Shown one piece after another: positions 51,249 through 61,102 of a stretch of DNA of 64,000 nucleotides. Every line of letters begins with the position of its first letter. Position 1 is the stretch's first letter. A program made the position numbers and the translations under genes. Under the pieces are notes generated by a model. That model searched no databases and was not told the origin of the DNA. It was given only the letters and a program-made list of their open reading frames with translations. Source of the stretch: a virus; IMG/VR virus record IMGVR_UViG_3300021139_001382, positions 3,221 to 67,220 of that record. One strand, written 5' to 3'.

Positions 51249-53483
51249 ATGGATTTTAACCTTAAAAGTTTGACGCATGATCTGGTTGCAAAGCAGCGGC
51301 CAACAGAAGATGTTGAAGACGCCCGTCATCGTAGCATGATGGAGGCAATTGCCCCGTATGCCAAGAAAACTCAACAGAAGAATCTGACACCGGTGTATGT
51401 TGATTACAAAACACGCAACACTAAGTTAGTTCTGGTGCTGTGCCCAGAATGGGCACCGATGTTCCCTCCCTTTAATCTGGCCCGTTTGTCCGGTGTTGCT
51501 AAGACAGCCGGGTATGAAACCTCTATAATGGATCTGAACGTCAGAGCATACAACCTATATAGAAATGATTGGCAACCTAATAATAAGATACCATTTAGAT
51601 TGTGGGATCCTAGCGCATCATGGCATTGGCTTGGTGACACATATCTTAATGACATTCACCCGGTGCTTGAACCGCTGCTGATGCAAGCATGTGATGAACT
51701 TGAAGCACTGAAACCTGACGCGATCGGATTCAGTGTATATTACATCAGTGAAGAACCCACTAAGTGGATGTGTCAAGAACTGAAGCGCCGCATGCCTAAC
51801 GTGAAGATCATGGTCGGTGGCAGCAACGTGCAAAAGAGTTGGTTCAACATTCAGCCTTATTATGATTATGTTGTTAACGGTGAGGGCGAAGAAATCATCC
51901 TTAAGGTTCTTGATGAAATTGAAGCAGGTGTAACTCATCCAGCGCCGCAGTATCTTGTGCAGCCGGAAGATCAGCGTATCAATATCAACGGTCTGCCGAT
52001 GCCAGACTATGAATCAATCGACTTCAGTGTATACGAGATTCCTAATGGTGTCAACACTGAAATCTCCAGGGGATGCACTGCAAAATGCACTTTCTGTGAG
52101 GAGACACACTTCTGGAAGTATCGCCAACGCCAAGCAGTTGATCTTATCACTGAATTAGAGTGGCTATACTATAACAAGGGTACTGACATTCTCTGGTTCA
52201 TCGATTCGTTAGTTAACGGTAACCTCAATGAGTTACGAGCGTTCTGTAAGGGCATAGTTGCTAAGGATCTGAAGATAAACTGGACAGGATATGCCCGATG
52301 CGACGGCAGGATGGATCTTGAATACTTTAAAGATTTAAAAGCAAGTGGCTGTATCATGTTGAATTATGGTATTGAATCGGGGAGTCAAAAGGTTCTTGAT
52401 GATATGGCCAAAGGTGTTACTATCGCGGAGATGGAAGCTAATCTTCGGCATGGTAAAGAAGTCGGGGTATTCGCTGCTACGAACTGGATCGTGGGATTCC
52501 CCACAGAAGATTTTCAAGATTTTGCGGATTCAATATCATTCCTGTGGCGCATGCGTAACATGAACATTAACAATGTGGGTGCTGGTGTGGGTTACGGTCT
52601 CGGACCGGAAACGATCATCGGGCAAAATCCGCATAAGTTTAATATCAGTTGGCACAAGTATCAGAATCATTGGATCACAAATGACTTCTCCAAGGGTGGC
52701 ACTCACATCATGTCCCGAGTTAAGTTCTTCCACATGTTCATTGATTTCATGAAAGGATGCACTGATGTCCCGGTGCAGTATCCTGTCAGGGCCGCACTTG
52801 CAAGAGACCATTATGAAATAACATTAAATAATCCAAACGCTTTTAAAGAAATTGAATACGAAAAATTCGACTATAATATTATTAAAGTCCGAATTAATCC
52901 GTTCGCTGATACTCTTGTCAACGAGATTTGGCCGTTTCTTCGGATGCTGTGGAGATGCCGCGGTGGATTCACTGCTGAAATAGTGTTCTGTCCAGAGCTT
53001 GATTTGAAAGAATTCGGGGCACAATTCGGCCCGGGTATGTTTGATGCTAATTATAAGTTTGTTATCAGCGACGACGGTAAATGGTCAGCAGATTTTCACT
53101 ACAAGTTTGAACAAGTAGATAACCCATATGATGATAGACAACCTGGACCTGAAGGACGTAAGGGCGCGTTCTATGCACAAGATTATTCAAGAATGAAAAG
53201 TAATACTGCTGCCCGTGCTAGAAATCTTGCTAAACCCACTTGGGGAGTCGATGGAAGAGACGGACAAGATTTCTCTAATCTACTTGAAGAGGAGATAATG
53301 CTTAATAGAACAGTTGACTTTTCCTTTACTCATCATTACGAAGGCACCGGTGACTGGGGAAATCATACTGATTTTGAAGTAGCAGTGCCTAGTGTATCAA
53401 CACCGGCTGTCGAGGTATGGACCCCATTGCAACGTGCAATAAAACCTATTCCACTGGCAAGCATTAAGAAGATCGTTCGATGA
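51249..53483 (+). CDS. Cobalamin-binding radical SAM protein (class B methyltransferase-like) with a long C-terminal extension
   Basis: B12-binding region PPFNLARL...DLN...PDAIGFSVY...IMVGG...VNGEGE, then SRGCTAKCTFC, YGIESGSQKVLDDMAKG and WIVGFPTE. Confidence 0.9.
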   Translation: MDFNLKSLTHDLVAKQRPTEDVEDARHRSMMEAIAPYAKKTQQKNLTPVYVDYKTRNTKLVLVLCPEWAPMFPPFNLARLSGVAKTAGYETSIMDLNVRAYNLYRNDWQPNNKIPFRLWDPSASWHWLGDTYLNDIHPVLEPLLMQACDELEALKPDAIGFSVYYISEEPTKWMCQELKRRMPNVKIMVGGSNVQKSWFNIQPYYDYVVNGEGEEIILKVLDEIEAGVTHPAPQYLVQPEDQRININGLPMPDYESIDFSVYEIPNGVNTEISRGCTAKCTFCEETHFWKYRQRQAVDLITELEWLYYNKGTDILWFIDSLVNGNLNELRAFCKGIVAKDLKINWTGYARCDGRMDLEYFKDLKASGCIMLNYGIESGSQKVLDDMAKGVTIAEMEANLRHGKEVGVFAATNWIVGFPTEDFQDFADSISFLWRMRNMNINNVGAGVGYGLGPETIIGQNPHKFNISWHKYQNHWITNDFSKGGTHIMSRVKFFHMFIDFMKGCTDVPVQYPVRAALARDHYEITLNNPNAFKEIEYEKFDYNIIKVRINPFADTLVNEIWPFLRMLWRCRGGFTAEIVFCPELDLKEFGAQFGPGMFDANYKFVISDDGKWSADFHYKFEQVDNPYDDRQPGPEGRKGAFYAQDYSRMKSNTAARARNLAKPTWGVDGRDGQDFSNLLEEEIMLNRTVDFSFTHHYEGTGDWGNHTDFEVAVPSVSTPAVEVWTPLQRAIKPIPLASIKKIVR

Positions 53484-54070
53484 ATACGGTGAATCAGTTC
53501 GAGCAGACGATTGCTGAATACTTTGGATCACCGTATGCTGTGGCAGTAGACTGCTGCACTCACGCTATGGAGCTGTGTCTTCGGCTTACTAAACCGAAGA
53601 TCGTAACCTGCCCGGCGCACACTTATCTATCTGTTCCCATGACTCTTGAGATGCTAGAAATAGACTGGTCATTTGTTGACCAGGTCTGGAGCAACTATTA
53701 TTTTCTTGGGCATACGAACATTGTTGATGCTGCGGTTCTATGGCAGCAAAATAGTTATATCGACAGCACATTTATGTGCCTGAGTTTTCAGTTTAAGAAG
53801 CACCTGAATCTAGGTCGAGGCGGCATGATTCTGCTTGATGATGACGAAGCGTATAAAACTTTGCGAAAGATGCGCTACGATGGCAGAGTAGATGGTATCC
53901 CGTGGGCAGAGCAAAATGTCGAAACTATAGGTTATCATTATTACATGACACCCGAGACGGCTCAACTAGGTCTTGATAAGTTTAAAATGGCAAGAGCCAC
54001 TCACCCGAAGATATGGAATCAGGACAACTATCCTGATCTAAGAAAAATGAAAGTATTTGATGCTAAGTAA
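53480..54070 (+). CDS. Short DegT/DnrJ/EryC1/StrS-family PLP aminotransferase
   Basis: FEQTIAEYFGSPYAVAVDCCTHAMELCL, IVDAA, CLSFQFKKHL (PLP Lys), GRGGMIL and GYHYYMT. Only 196 aa. Confidence 0.8.
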   Translation: MNTVNQFEQTIAEYFGSPYAVAVDCCTHAMELCLRLTKPKIVTCPAHTYLSVPMTLEMLEIDWSFVDQVWSNYYFLGHTNIVDAAVLWQQNSYIDSTFMCLSFQFKKHLNLGRGGMILLDDDEAYKTLRKMRYDGRVDGIPWAEQNVETIGYHYYMTPETAQLGLDKFKMARATHPKIWNQDNYPDLRKMKVFDAK

Positions 54071-55037
54071 AAATGAATGGGACCCGTTACAAGTGGTCAT
54101 CGTCGGCGATGCAACCGGAGCACAGATTCCGAAATTAGATATTAGTCTGCGTCTGATCAATTATGCAGATGTGCAGAATGAAGATGATATTCCGCAAGGC
54201 CCTTACCCTCAACAAGTGGTTGACGAAGCTAACGAAGACTTGGAACTATTCTGTGATGTTTTGAGAGATGAGAGTGTGACTGTTCTCCGACCGGACGCAT
54301 CTTGGGAACCTCGCTACTACCACTACTGTCCTAGAGACGGAGTCCTTGTCCATGATGATCTTATTCTGTCCACCCCTCAGCCGTTAAGGGCCCGGCGCAC
54401 TGAATATCACGCTCTGGAATCTATCTTAAATCAGTATGGTAAAATGACAGTGGCTCGATGCTCTCAAGTTGACGCTCTTTACAACACAGCCTGCTTGGGT
54501 GATCCTGATGTTCTGGCCCTCAATGAGACTGAACCGTGTTTCGATGCTGCGAACATTCTACGAGACAACGACAATCTTTACTATCTGGTCAGCAACAGCG
54601 GTAACAGAGTCGGTGCAGAATACCTTCAAGAGTTATGTCCTACTAAGAAAGTTTGGCCTATTGAGGATGTGTATGCGTATATGCACCTTGATTCTACTAT
54701 CAGCCTGTTGCGTGAAGGACTGATGTTGCTGAACCCAAGTCGTATTAAGAGTCTTGACCAGCTACCAAAACCACTGCAATCATGGAACTACATCTGGTGC
54801 CCGGACCCCGGTGAAGTGTATCACTACCCGGGTTATTGCAACAGCAGTAAATGGATCAATGTTAATCTGCTTATGATTAACCCTAATCTGGCTGCAATCG
54901 AAAGCAACCAACATGCACTTCGGGCTGAACTAGAAAAACACAATATAGATTGTGCGATGATTCAGGCCCGGCATCAACGAACTCTTGGCGGAGGATTCCA
55001 TTGTGTTACACTAGATTTGAAGCGCCAGCATGACTGA
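54060..55037 (+). CDS. Amidinotransferase (glycine/inosamine-phosphate amidinotransferase family)
   Basis: NEWDPLQVVIVG, CPRD, FDAAN, HLD and GGGFHCVTLD give the Asp-His-Cys triad pattern. Confidence 0.9.
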   Translation: MLSKNEWDPLQVVIVGDATGAQIPKLDISLRLINYADVQNEDDIPQGPYPQQVVDEANEDLELFCDVLRDESVTVLRPDASWEPRYYHYCPRDGVLVHDDLILSTPQPLRARRTEYHALESILNQYGKMTVARCSQVDALYNTACLGDPDVLALNETEPCFDAANILRDNDNLYYLVSNSGNRVGAEYLQELCPTKKVWPIEDVYAYMHLDSTISLLREGLMLLNPSRIKSLDQLPKPLQSWNYIWCPDPGEVYHYPGYCNSSKWINVNLLMINPNLAAIESNQHALRAELEKHNIDCAMIQARHQRTLGGGFHCVTLDLKRQHD

Positions 55038-56268
55038 CATAGAAATCAGCGCACCGCCATCGCAGACTGAATCTAGCTCAATTCATTGGTATAACATACC
55101 AGGATATCCTTCGAAGCCGGCCTCACTAACTAATGAGTTTTTACTGGCACTGAAACGACTAACAGGACTAGGAAAGGGGGATCCGTTGTTTATTCATATG
55201 GCAAACGGGCCGATGACGGATCTAGATCCAATCGAACACACCGCGGTCGAAGTTGAATTATTGAATAATGTAGGGCTACATATATATTTTTACGAGCCTA
55301 TATGTTCTTATATCGAAGTCACCACTTTTCCTAGAAACGGGTTCTATTCTGAGATGCATTCTGACATAGACAACGCATTGCTGAGAACCACAGAACTTGA
55401 ATCTGTGCGAAAATATTGCATAAGGAACAGATTGTCAAATGTTATAGTCCATACATGTGATTATGACATTGATAAGTATTACCCATATTATTCCTCATTG
55501 ATGACACTGCTATACGATGATTTGTTTCTAAAGAGCCAGGTTGTTTATGAAGTTAGTGATACTACACCCAAATCATTCTCTAAGAAATTTATATGTTCTA
55601 ACTGGCGTTACACTAAACCTAGAAATATTATTGCTGCCTATTTATCAACACTGCCAGCCCATCTTAGTTGGTGTTATAATATCTCACCTGAGGCTCTTCA
55701 GGAGAATTTGTGGTTCATGTTGTCTGATTGGGACGATTCTATTTTAGAGAAAGTTAAATTCCTCTCCTCGATATCACCTGTTAATTTAGATATGGAACGC
55801 ACTGCCGCCCGAGTTATAGTGAATGATGAATCGTATCTTTATCCGGAGGACGATTATTTCTCGCCATTCAATCTTCAGACGGATTCAATGAGTCCCTATT
55901 ATCGTGATAGCTTCGTAAGTATAGTGACGGAGTCTAGATTCGCACAACCCACTGCTAATTATAGTGAGAAGTTATCGCAAGCAATCGTCCACCGACGGCC
56001 GTTTATAATAGTCGCCCCGCCCAACACGATCAAATGTATTAGAGAGGCGGGTTATCAGACTTTCAATACTTTTTGGGATGAATCATACGACGAATGTGTT
56101 AATCATGAGGATAGGCTACGAAAGCTTTTCGAATTGATTGATCACATTAATAGTTATTCGATGGAAGAACTTATGAATAAGTATAAAGATATGCATGACA
56201 TATTAGAGCACAACTTTAACTTGTTGGTTTCTAAATCACCGGGGCAAAGGCTCCTTTCAAGGAAATAA
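55030..56268 (+). CDS. Putative GT10-like glycosyltransferase
   Basis: SFVSIVTES...YSEKLSQAI...PFIIV...GYQTFNTFWDESYD. Confidence 0.55.
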   Translation: MTDIEISAPPSQTESSSIHWYNIPGYPSKPASLTNEFLLALKRLTGLGKGDPLFIHMANGPMTDLDPIEHTAVEVELLNNVGLHIYFYEPICSYIEVTTFPRNGFYSEMHSDIDNALLRTTELESVRKYCIRNRLSNVIVHTCDYDIDKYYPYYSSLMTLLYDDLFLKSQVVYEVSDTTPKSFSKKFICSNWRYTKPRNIIAAYLSTLPAHLSWCYNISPEALQENLWFMLSDWDDSILEKVKFLSSISPVNLDMERTAARVIVNDESYLYPEDDYFSPFNLQTDSMSPYYRDSFVSIVTESRFAQPTANYSEKLSQAIVHRRPFIIVAPPNTIKCIREAGYQTFNTFWDESYDECVNHEDRLRKLFELIDHINSYSMEELMNKYKDMHDILEHNFNLLVSKSPGQRLLSRK

Positions 56269-56269
56269 T

Positions 56270-57024
56270 ATGGAAAAAATAATGTTGATAGCCGGATGCA
56301 GTCACGCCGCCGGATCTGAGATAGATGGCACCGGCGATAGTAAGTATAACCGACAGCATAGTTTTGGCAACTTACTTGCAGAAAAATTGGGGTATCGGCC
56401 TATTAATATCGCGGTAACAGCAGCGACCAATATGGGTATTGCCCGCAGTGTATTACAGTGGTTCAGTGAACAATATGATCCGGCAGTGCAAGAAGTGTTC
56501 GTGTTAATTGCCTGGGCAGAGTGTTCTAGGATGGAAATGCCTGTCAAAAATTTACGAATTATCAGCCCGGAGTTCCTAGTATCGATTGGTATCCTAGTCA
56601 GATTAATAACTACCTGGTTGTAAACACCGCATCGTCTAGTGATATAGCTTGGCAAGATGAAATATTAAATCGAATAAAACGATTTATCCCCGAAAATATA
56701 GAGTATCTTGAAATAATGAGTGCAACGTATGCGCTACAGCTTCAATATTTTTTAAAGATGCACCACATCAATTATTGTATGTGTAACACCGGATACATGT
56801 TCACTAAAGAAGCCACACATATGAAATTTTATCTTAGTCAATTAGATTCTTCACGATACATGTCCATGGACACCGATCTGAATGGTTCATTCTACTGGAA
56901 ATATCGTGAAGCCGGACACATCAATCCATTGGCAAAATATTTTCATCACGGTGAAGAACCGCATGCTCTGTATGCAGAAGAACTATACAGATTTATAACT
57001 GACAACGACCTGACTAATAAATAA
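56270..57024 (+). pseudogene. SGNH-like protein split by a -1 frameshift (pseudogene, sequence error, or recoded gene; ~251 aa if joined)
   Basis: The N-half carries AGCSHA and the C-half HHGEEPH. The -1 frame is open from 56530 through the ATG at 56716 to the stop at 57024. Confidence 0.7.
57016..57023 (+). promoter_or_regulatory. Late-promoter-like motif AATAAATA
   Basis: Precedes the RBS TAAGGA and the ATG at 57042. Confidence 0.45.
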
Positions 57025-57041
57025 TACTATTAAGGAAATCT

Positions 57042-57956
57042 ATGGAAAAAGTTCTTATAACGGGTAGTTCGGGCTTCATCGGAGGCTACCTCAAAGCCAG
57101 ATTCGCAGGCAAATATGAAGTTCACGAACTGATCAGTGATCTACTTGACACTGAGGGTATGCGTAGCCAACTCAACGAAGTTAATCCAGACTACATCATT
57201 CACCTTGCTGCCCGAACTGAGGTTGAAAAGAGTTTCTATGAGCAGACAACCTTCAGTGAGGTCAACTATGTCGGCACCGTCAATCTGATTGAACTGGCCC
57301 GCTCTCTGACTAATCTGAAATTATTTGTGTTTAGTTCAACTATGGAAACATATGGATGGCAACCAGAATCTGATCTGATCCGGGACGGTAAAGAGTATAC
57401 GGTGCCAGTGTTCGATGAAAACACCCCGCAGAACCCCAATGCACCATATGCAGTTGCTAAAGTCGGTGGTGAGTATTATCTGAAGTATGCTGAACGAGCA
57501 TACAACTTCCCGTTCTGTGCGTTCCGACAGACTAATACATACGGACGCTGGGACAATGATTTCTTCGTTGTGGAGCAAGTTATCACGCAGATGATGGACA
57601 ACCCCGACGAGATTAATCTGGGCTACGGTAAACCATATCGGAACTTCCTGTTCATTGACGATCTGATCAACCTATACGAGACCGTTCTTGAACAGCCTGA
57701 CAACGCCCGCGGACAAATCTTCTGTACCGGTCCTGACAACGCCCTGTCAATTGAAGCACTCGTTGACAAGATTGCAAAGAAGATGAACTGGACTGGTAAA
57801 GTTAACTGGGGAACAAAGTTGAAGCGTCATGGTGAAATCTATGTGCTGAACTCGACTGCGGCCAAGGCCGAACAGATGCTCGGGTGGAAGCCGCTTGTTG
57901 ACCTGGATGACGGACTTGACCGGACCATTGAGATGTGGAAAAATAAACGTAAATGA
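57042..57956 (+). CDS. NAD-dependent epimerase/dehydratase (RmlB/GalE-like extended SDR)
   Basis: ITGSSGFIG, IIHLAA, SSTMETYG, PYAVAK (YxxxK), RNFLFIDD and LGWKP. Confidence 0.9.
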   Translation: MEKVLITGSSGFIGGYLKARFAGKYEVHELISDLLDTEGMRSQLNEVNPDYIIHLAARTEVEKSFYEQTTFSEVNYVGTVNLIELARSLTNLKLFVFSSTMETYGWQPESDLIRDGKEYTVPVFDENTPQNPNAPYAVAKVGGEYYLKYAERAYNFPFCAFRQTNTYGRWDNDFFVVEQVITQMMDNPDEINLGYGKPYRNFLFIDDLINLYETVLEQPDNARGQIFCTGPDNALSIEALVDKIAKKMNWTGKVNWGTKLKRHGEIYVLNSTAAKAEQMLGWKPLVDLDDGLDRTIEMWKNKRK

Positions 57957-59056
57957 AAATTTTCATCGGCCCAAATGTCGATATCAGTTCTATACTATTT
58001 TTTGAAATGGACCCTCAATGGGAGATAGTAGAGGATACCGACCAGGCTGAAATTTTCATTACGATTGATAATCACAACGGCAATCTTGCCCCAGTTATCG
58101 CTTTATATAGACCGCATCAGGTTCTATTGGTGTTGGCAATTTTTCATGTATCAGAAAGTATGGGTCTTAAATTTTATGGGGACCTAAAAAGGACATTCAA
58201 ACCGGTGACCGAGAAAGTAATAGTGATGCACACTAATTTACAGTATCAACCCGATAACATGGTGTATTTTGATCATATGTTTGACCGACAAAAATTATAT
58301 TGTACTGATTATGATAGCGGTATAGCATTGCATTCCAGAATCTGGACGAATTCTTGTTCAAAAGAGATATATGAATTATATCCGATAAAAAAGTTGGCAT
58401 ATTATAACAAATTTCTGGCCCCTATGCAAGTGTACGACCTAGGTAACATATCTCCTGATGATCATTCCAGAATGTTTTTTCGACGAAAATTGAAAGAGAT
58501 TTTATCACAAATTAGCAATGTCCACACAAACGACGATATGAAATTCTTACCGGACGGGTTAAATGCAGACGTATTGCTGATACTCAATCGTACCCAGACC
58601 GGCGGATTTTGGTACCCCGTTTCTCATGCATATTACGATAGTTCATTTGTTAGTGTTTATACGGAGTCGTTAGTCGATTCTAGGCTTCAGTGGGTGTCGA
58701 TGCTCACTGAAAAGACGCTTGATCCCATGATTCGCGGTAACTTTGTGCTGCCGTTTGGTTACTACGGATTAATAAGAGACATTCGCAACTACGGGTTTCT
58801 GTTACCAGACTGGATTGATTACTCATACGATCTTATCGAAGATAATAAGGATCGCTTTAATGCATACGTCGATAGTCTCCGAAAACTTGATAGATTTACT
58901 GTAAATGAATTGTATGATCTGTACTTAAAAGATAAAGCAATTCTGGAGCATAACAGAGCATTATTTTTCAACAAACCATATGACTATCCTAATGTACATG
59001 CCCGAGTAGAGGCATGCATCAGGACAAATGAAGCAACTAACTGGCAGACATGTTGA
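57953..59056 (+). CDS. Putative GT10-like glycosyltransferase (divergent)
   Basis: SFVSVYTES...LTEKTLDP...FVLPFG...YGF.LPDWIDYSYD. Confidence 0.5.
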   Translation: MKIFIGPNVDISSILFFEMDPQWEIVEDTDQAEIFITIDNHNGNLAPVIALYRPHQVLLVLAIFHVSESMGLKFYGDLKRTFKPVTEKVIVMHTNLQYQPDNMVYFDHMFDRQKLYCTDYDSGIALHSRIWTNSCSKEIYELYPIKKLAYYNKFLAPMQVYDLGNISPDDHSRMFFRRKLKEILSQISNVHTNDDMKFLPDGLNADVLLILNRTQTGGFWYPVSHAYYDSSFVSVYTESLVDSRLQWVSMLTEKTLDPMIRGNFVLPFGYYGLIRDIRNYGFLLPDWIDYSYDLIEDNKDRFNAYVDSLRKLDRFTVNELYDLYLKDKAILEHNRALFFNKPYDYPNVHARVEACIRTNEATNWQTC

Positions 59057-60972
59057 TAAGTCTGGTTCAGCCCAATTTCCAACAAGGGCCTAAAGAGTTC
59101 AATGCTCACTATTTGCCTTACTCGGCAGGAATACTGTGGAGTTACGCTTACCAATTTTCAGAGATTAAAGATAATTTTTCACTTGACAGAATTGTCTGGC
59201 GTAGAGAGAAGATAGAACTCGTTGCAAGGGCATTGGAAAAGAATTCTGTTGTGGCGTTCAGCACGTATGTTTGGAATAAAAAATATAACTATGCCCTAGC
59301 CAAACGAGTTAAAGAACTGAATCCCAAGTGTGTGATAGTATTTGGGGGCCCGGAAGTACCTATCACCAAAAAGAATCTTTTCAAAACTTACGCCTTTATT
59401 GATGTAGTTGTTCGTGGCGAAGGTGAAATCACTTTTAAGAGTGTGTTAGATTGTATGATCGCTGGGTCCGATTTTGACTTGGTGCCCGGTTTGTTAATCA
59501 ATAAGGATACGGTTGCAGTAGATACTGGTCCCAGTATTAGGATCGATTCTCTTGATAAAATTCCTAGTCCTTATTTGACTGGTGTTTTCGACAAGATCAT
59601 AGCTGAAACACCCGGTGTAGAGTGGAACGCCACACTTGAAACTAACAGGGGATGCCCGTATAGTTGCACCTTTTGTGACTGGGGCTCCCTAACATACAAT
59701 AAAGTCAAGCTGTTTGATCTGTCACGGGTGTTCGCCGAGTTAGAATGGATCTCACGAAATAAATGCGGGTTCGTGACAATCACTGATGCTAACTTTGGCA
59801 TGTTCGTTGAACGCGATGACCAAATAGCCGACAAGATGTTAGAGTTACAAGACACATATGGATATCCCAGTGCATTGTCGATCACATGGGCAAAGAACCA
59901 GCGACCTGAAGTTTTTGCTATCGTCAGCAAACTCATCAAAAGTCCACGCTTTAACTCGGGGCTCACTGTGTCAGTGCAAAGTATGGACTTGGATGTGTTA
60001 GAAAACATCAAGCGGAAGAATCTTGACCAACATAAAATCTCTGAAATTTTTGAGATATGCGAAAAAAACAATGTTCCGGTTTATACCGAAATTATTCTTG
60101 GCTTGCCCGGTGAAACACCCGAGTCTTGGAAAGAGGGCATATGGAAATTATTTAGAGCGGGCAATCACACCGGTCTGAATATCCTACATTGCCAGTTACT
60201 GGAGAACGCCGAGATGAATCTGTTGCAACGTCGATTGTTTGGTATCACAAGCACTCTGGCATACGACTACATGAGCGGCAGTTACAATAACAACTATCTT
60301 ACAGAGTCCGTTGAGATAGTGACTTCGACTAAAGATATCTCACCGGATGAAATGAGCGAATTGCAACTGTTTAACTGCTTCATAGACACCTTTCACATTA
60401 ATGGGCTGACTACATTTGTCAGCAGATTTCTATACAAGAAATATCAAATAGATTACTCGGCGTTCTATAATAAATTTTATGAGTTTTTAAAGACGGACGC
60501 CTGGTTCATTGATGAAATGACAGAACTCCGCGCGTTGTACGACAAGTGGATGACAGTGGGGAAGATTAACCACCCGGGCATTGAAAACATTGAGATACAC
60601 GGATGGAACCTTAATCACTTAATTACTATACGCCTTCATGCCTTCAATAAATACGATCATATATTTGATCTTGTAGAAAGATTTGTCCGAGAAGAATTTG
60701 ATATCGACTCTGATTTATTAGAGCAACTTGTTCGCTTCCAAAGCAAGTACGTTATTAACTTTGAGAAACGGAATGAGTATCCGTATAAAGAAAAATTTAA
60801 TTACGATTTTCTAGGCTATCTACAAAATTCGTCACCGTTAAATAAACAAGTGCTGTATGATTTTGCTTTCTACGAGGACAAGAATATTACGAAGGCCCGA
60901 TTTTTAGAGTCGATATATTTCGGGCGTAAGAGGAATTTCGGCAAAGCAGTCATAACTGAGGAAACAACATGA
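59050..60972 (+). CDS. Cobalamin-binding radical SAM protein
   Basis: LPYSAG.L, FSTYVWN...IVFGGP...VRGEGE (B12-binding), ETNRGCPYSCTFCDW, DANFG and ILGLPGET. Confidence 0.9.
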   Translation: MLISLVQPNFQQGPKEFNAHYLPYSAGILWSYAYQFSEIKDNFSLDRIVWRREKIELVARALEKNSVVAFSTYVWNKKYNYALAKRVKELNPKCVIVFGGPEVPITKKNLFKTYAFIDVVVRGEGEITFKSVLDCMIAGSDFDLVPGLLINKDTVAVDTGPSIRIDSLDKIPSPYLTGVFDKIIAETPGVEWNATLETNRGCPYSCTFCDWGSLTYNKVKLFDLSRVFAELEWISRNKCGFVTITDANFGMFVERDDQIADKMLELQDTYGYPSALSITWAKNQRPEVFAIVSKLIKSPRFNSGLTVSVQSMDLDVLENIKRKNLDQHKISEIFEICEKNNVPVYTEIILGLPGETPESWKEGIWKLFRAGNHTGLNILHCQLLENAEMNLLQRRLFGITSTLAYDYMSGSYNNNYLTESVEIVTSTKDISPDEMSELQLFNCFIDTFHINGLTTFVSRFLYKKYQIDYSAFYNKFYEFLKTDAWFIDEMTELRALYDKWMTVGKINHPGIENIEIHGWNLNHLITIRLHAFNKYDHIFDLVERFVREEFDIDSDLLEQLVRFQSKYVINFEKRNEYPYKEKFNYDFLGYLQNSSPLNKQVLYDFAFYEDKNITKARFLESIYFGRKRNFGKAVITEETT

Positions 60973-61094
60973 AACTATTCACCACGATTAAAAATTTTAT
61001 CGTTAATAAACTATTCGGTAAACTAACTAGGGAACTCAAGTATCGCAGGCGTCTCAAAGAGTTACGCAAACGTGATCCATTCATTTACAAGTAA
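60969..61094 (+). CDS. Small basic peptide, 41 aa (absent from the ORF track)
   Basis: MKLFTTIKNFIVNKLFGKLTRELKYRRRLKELRKRDPFIYK. Starts at an ATGA overlap with the upstream stop, has the RBS GAGG, and fills the gap. Confidence 0.7.
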   Translation: MKLFTTIKNFIVNKLFGKLTRELKYRRRLKELRKRDPFIYK

Positions 61095-61102
61095 GAATTA
61101 AT

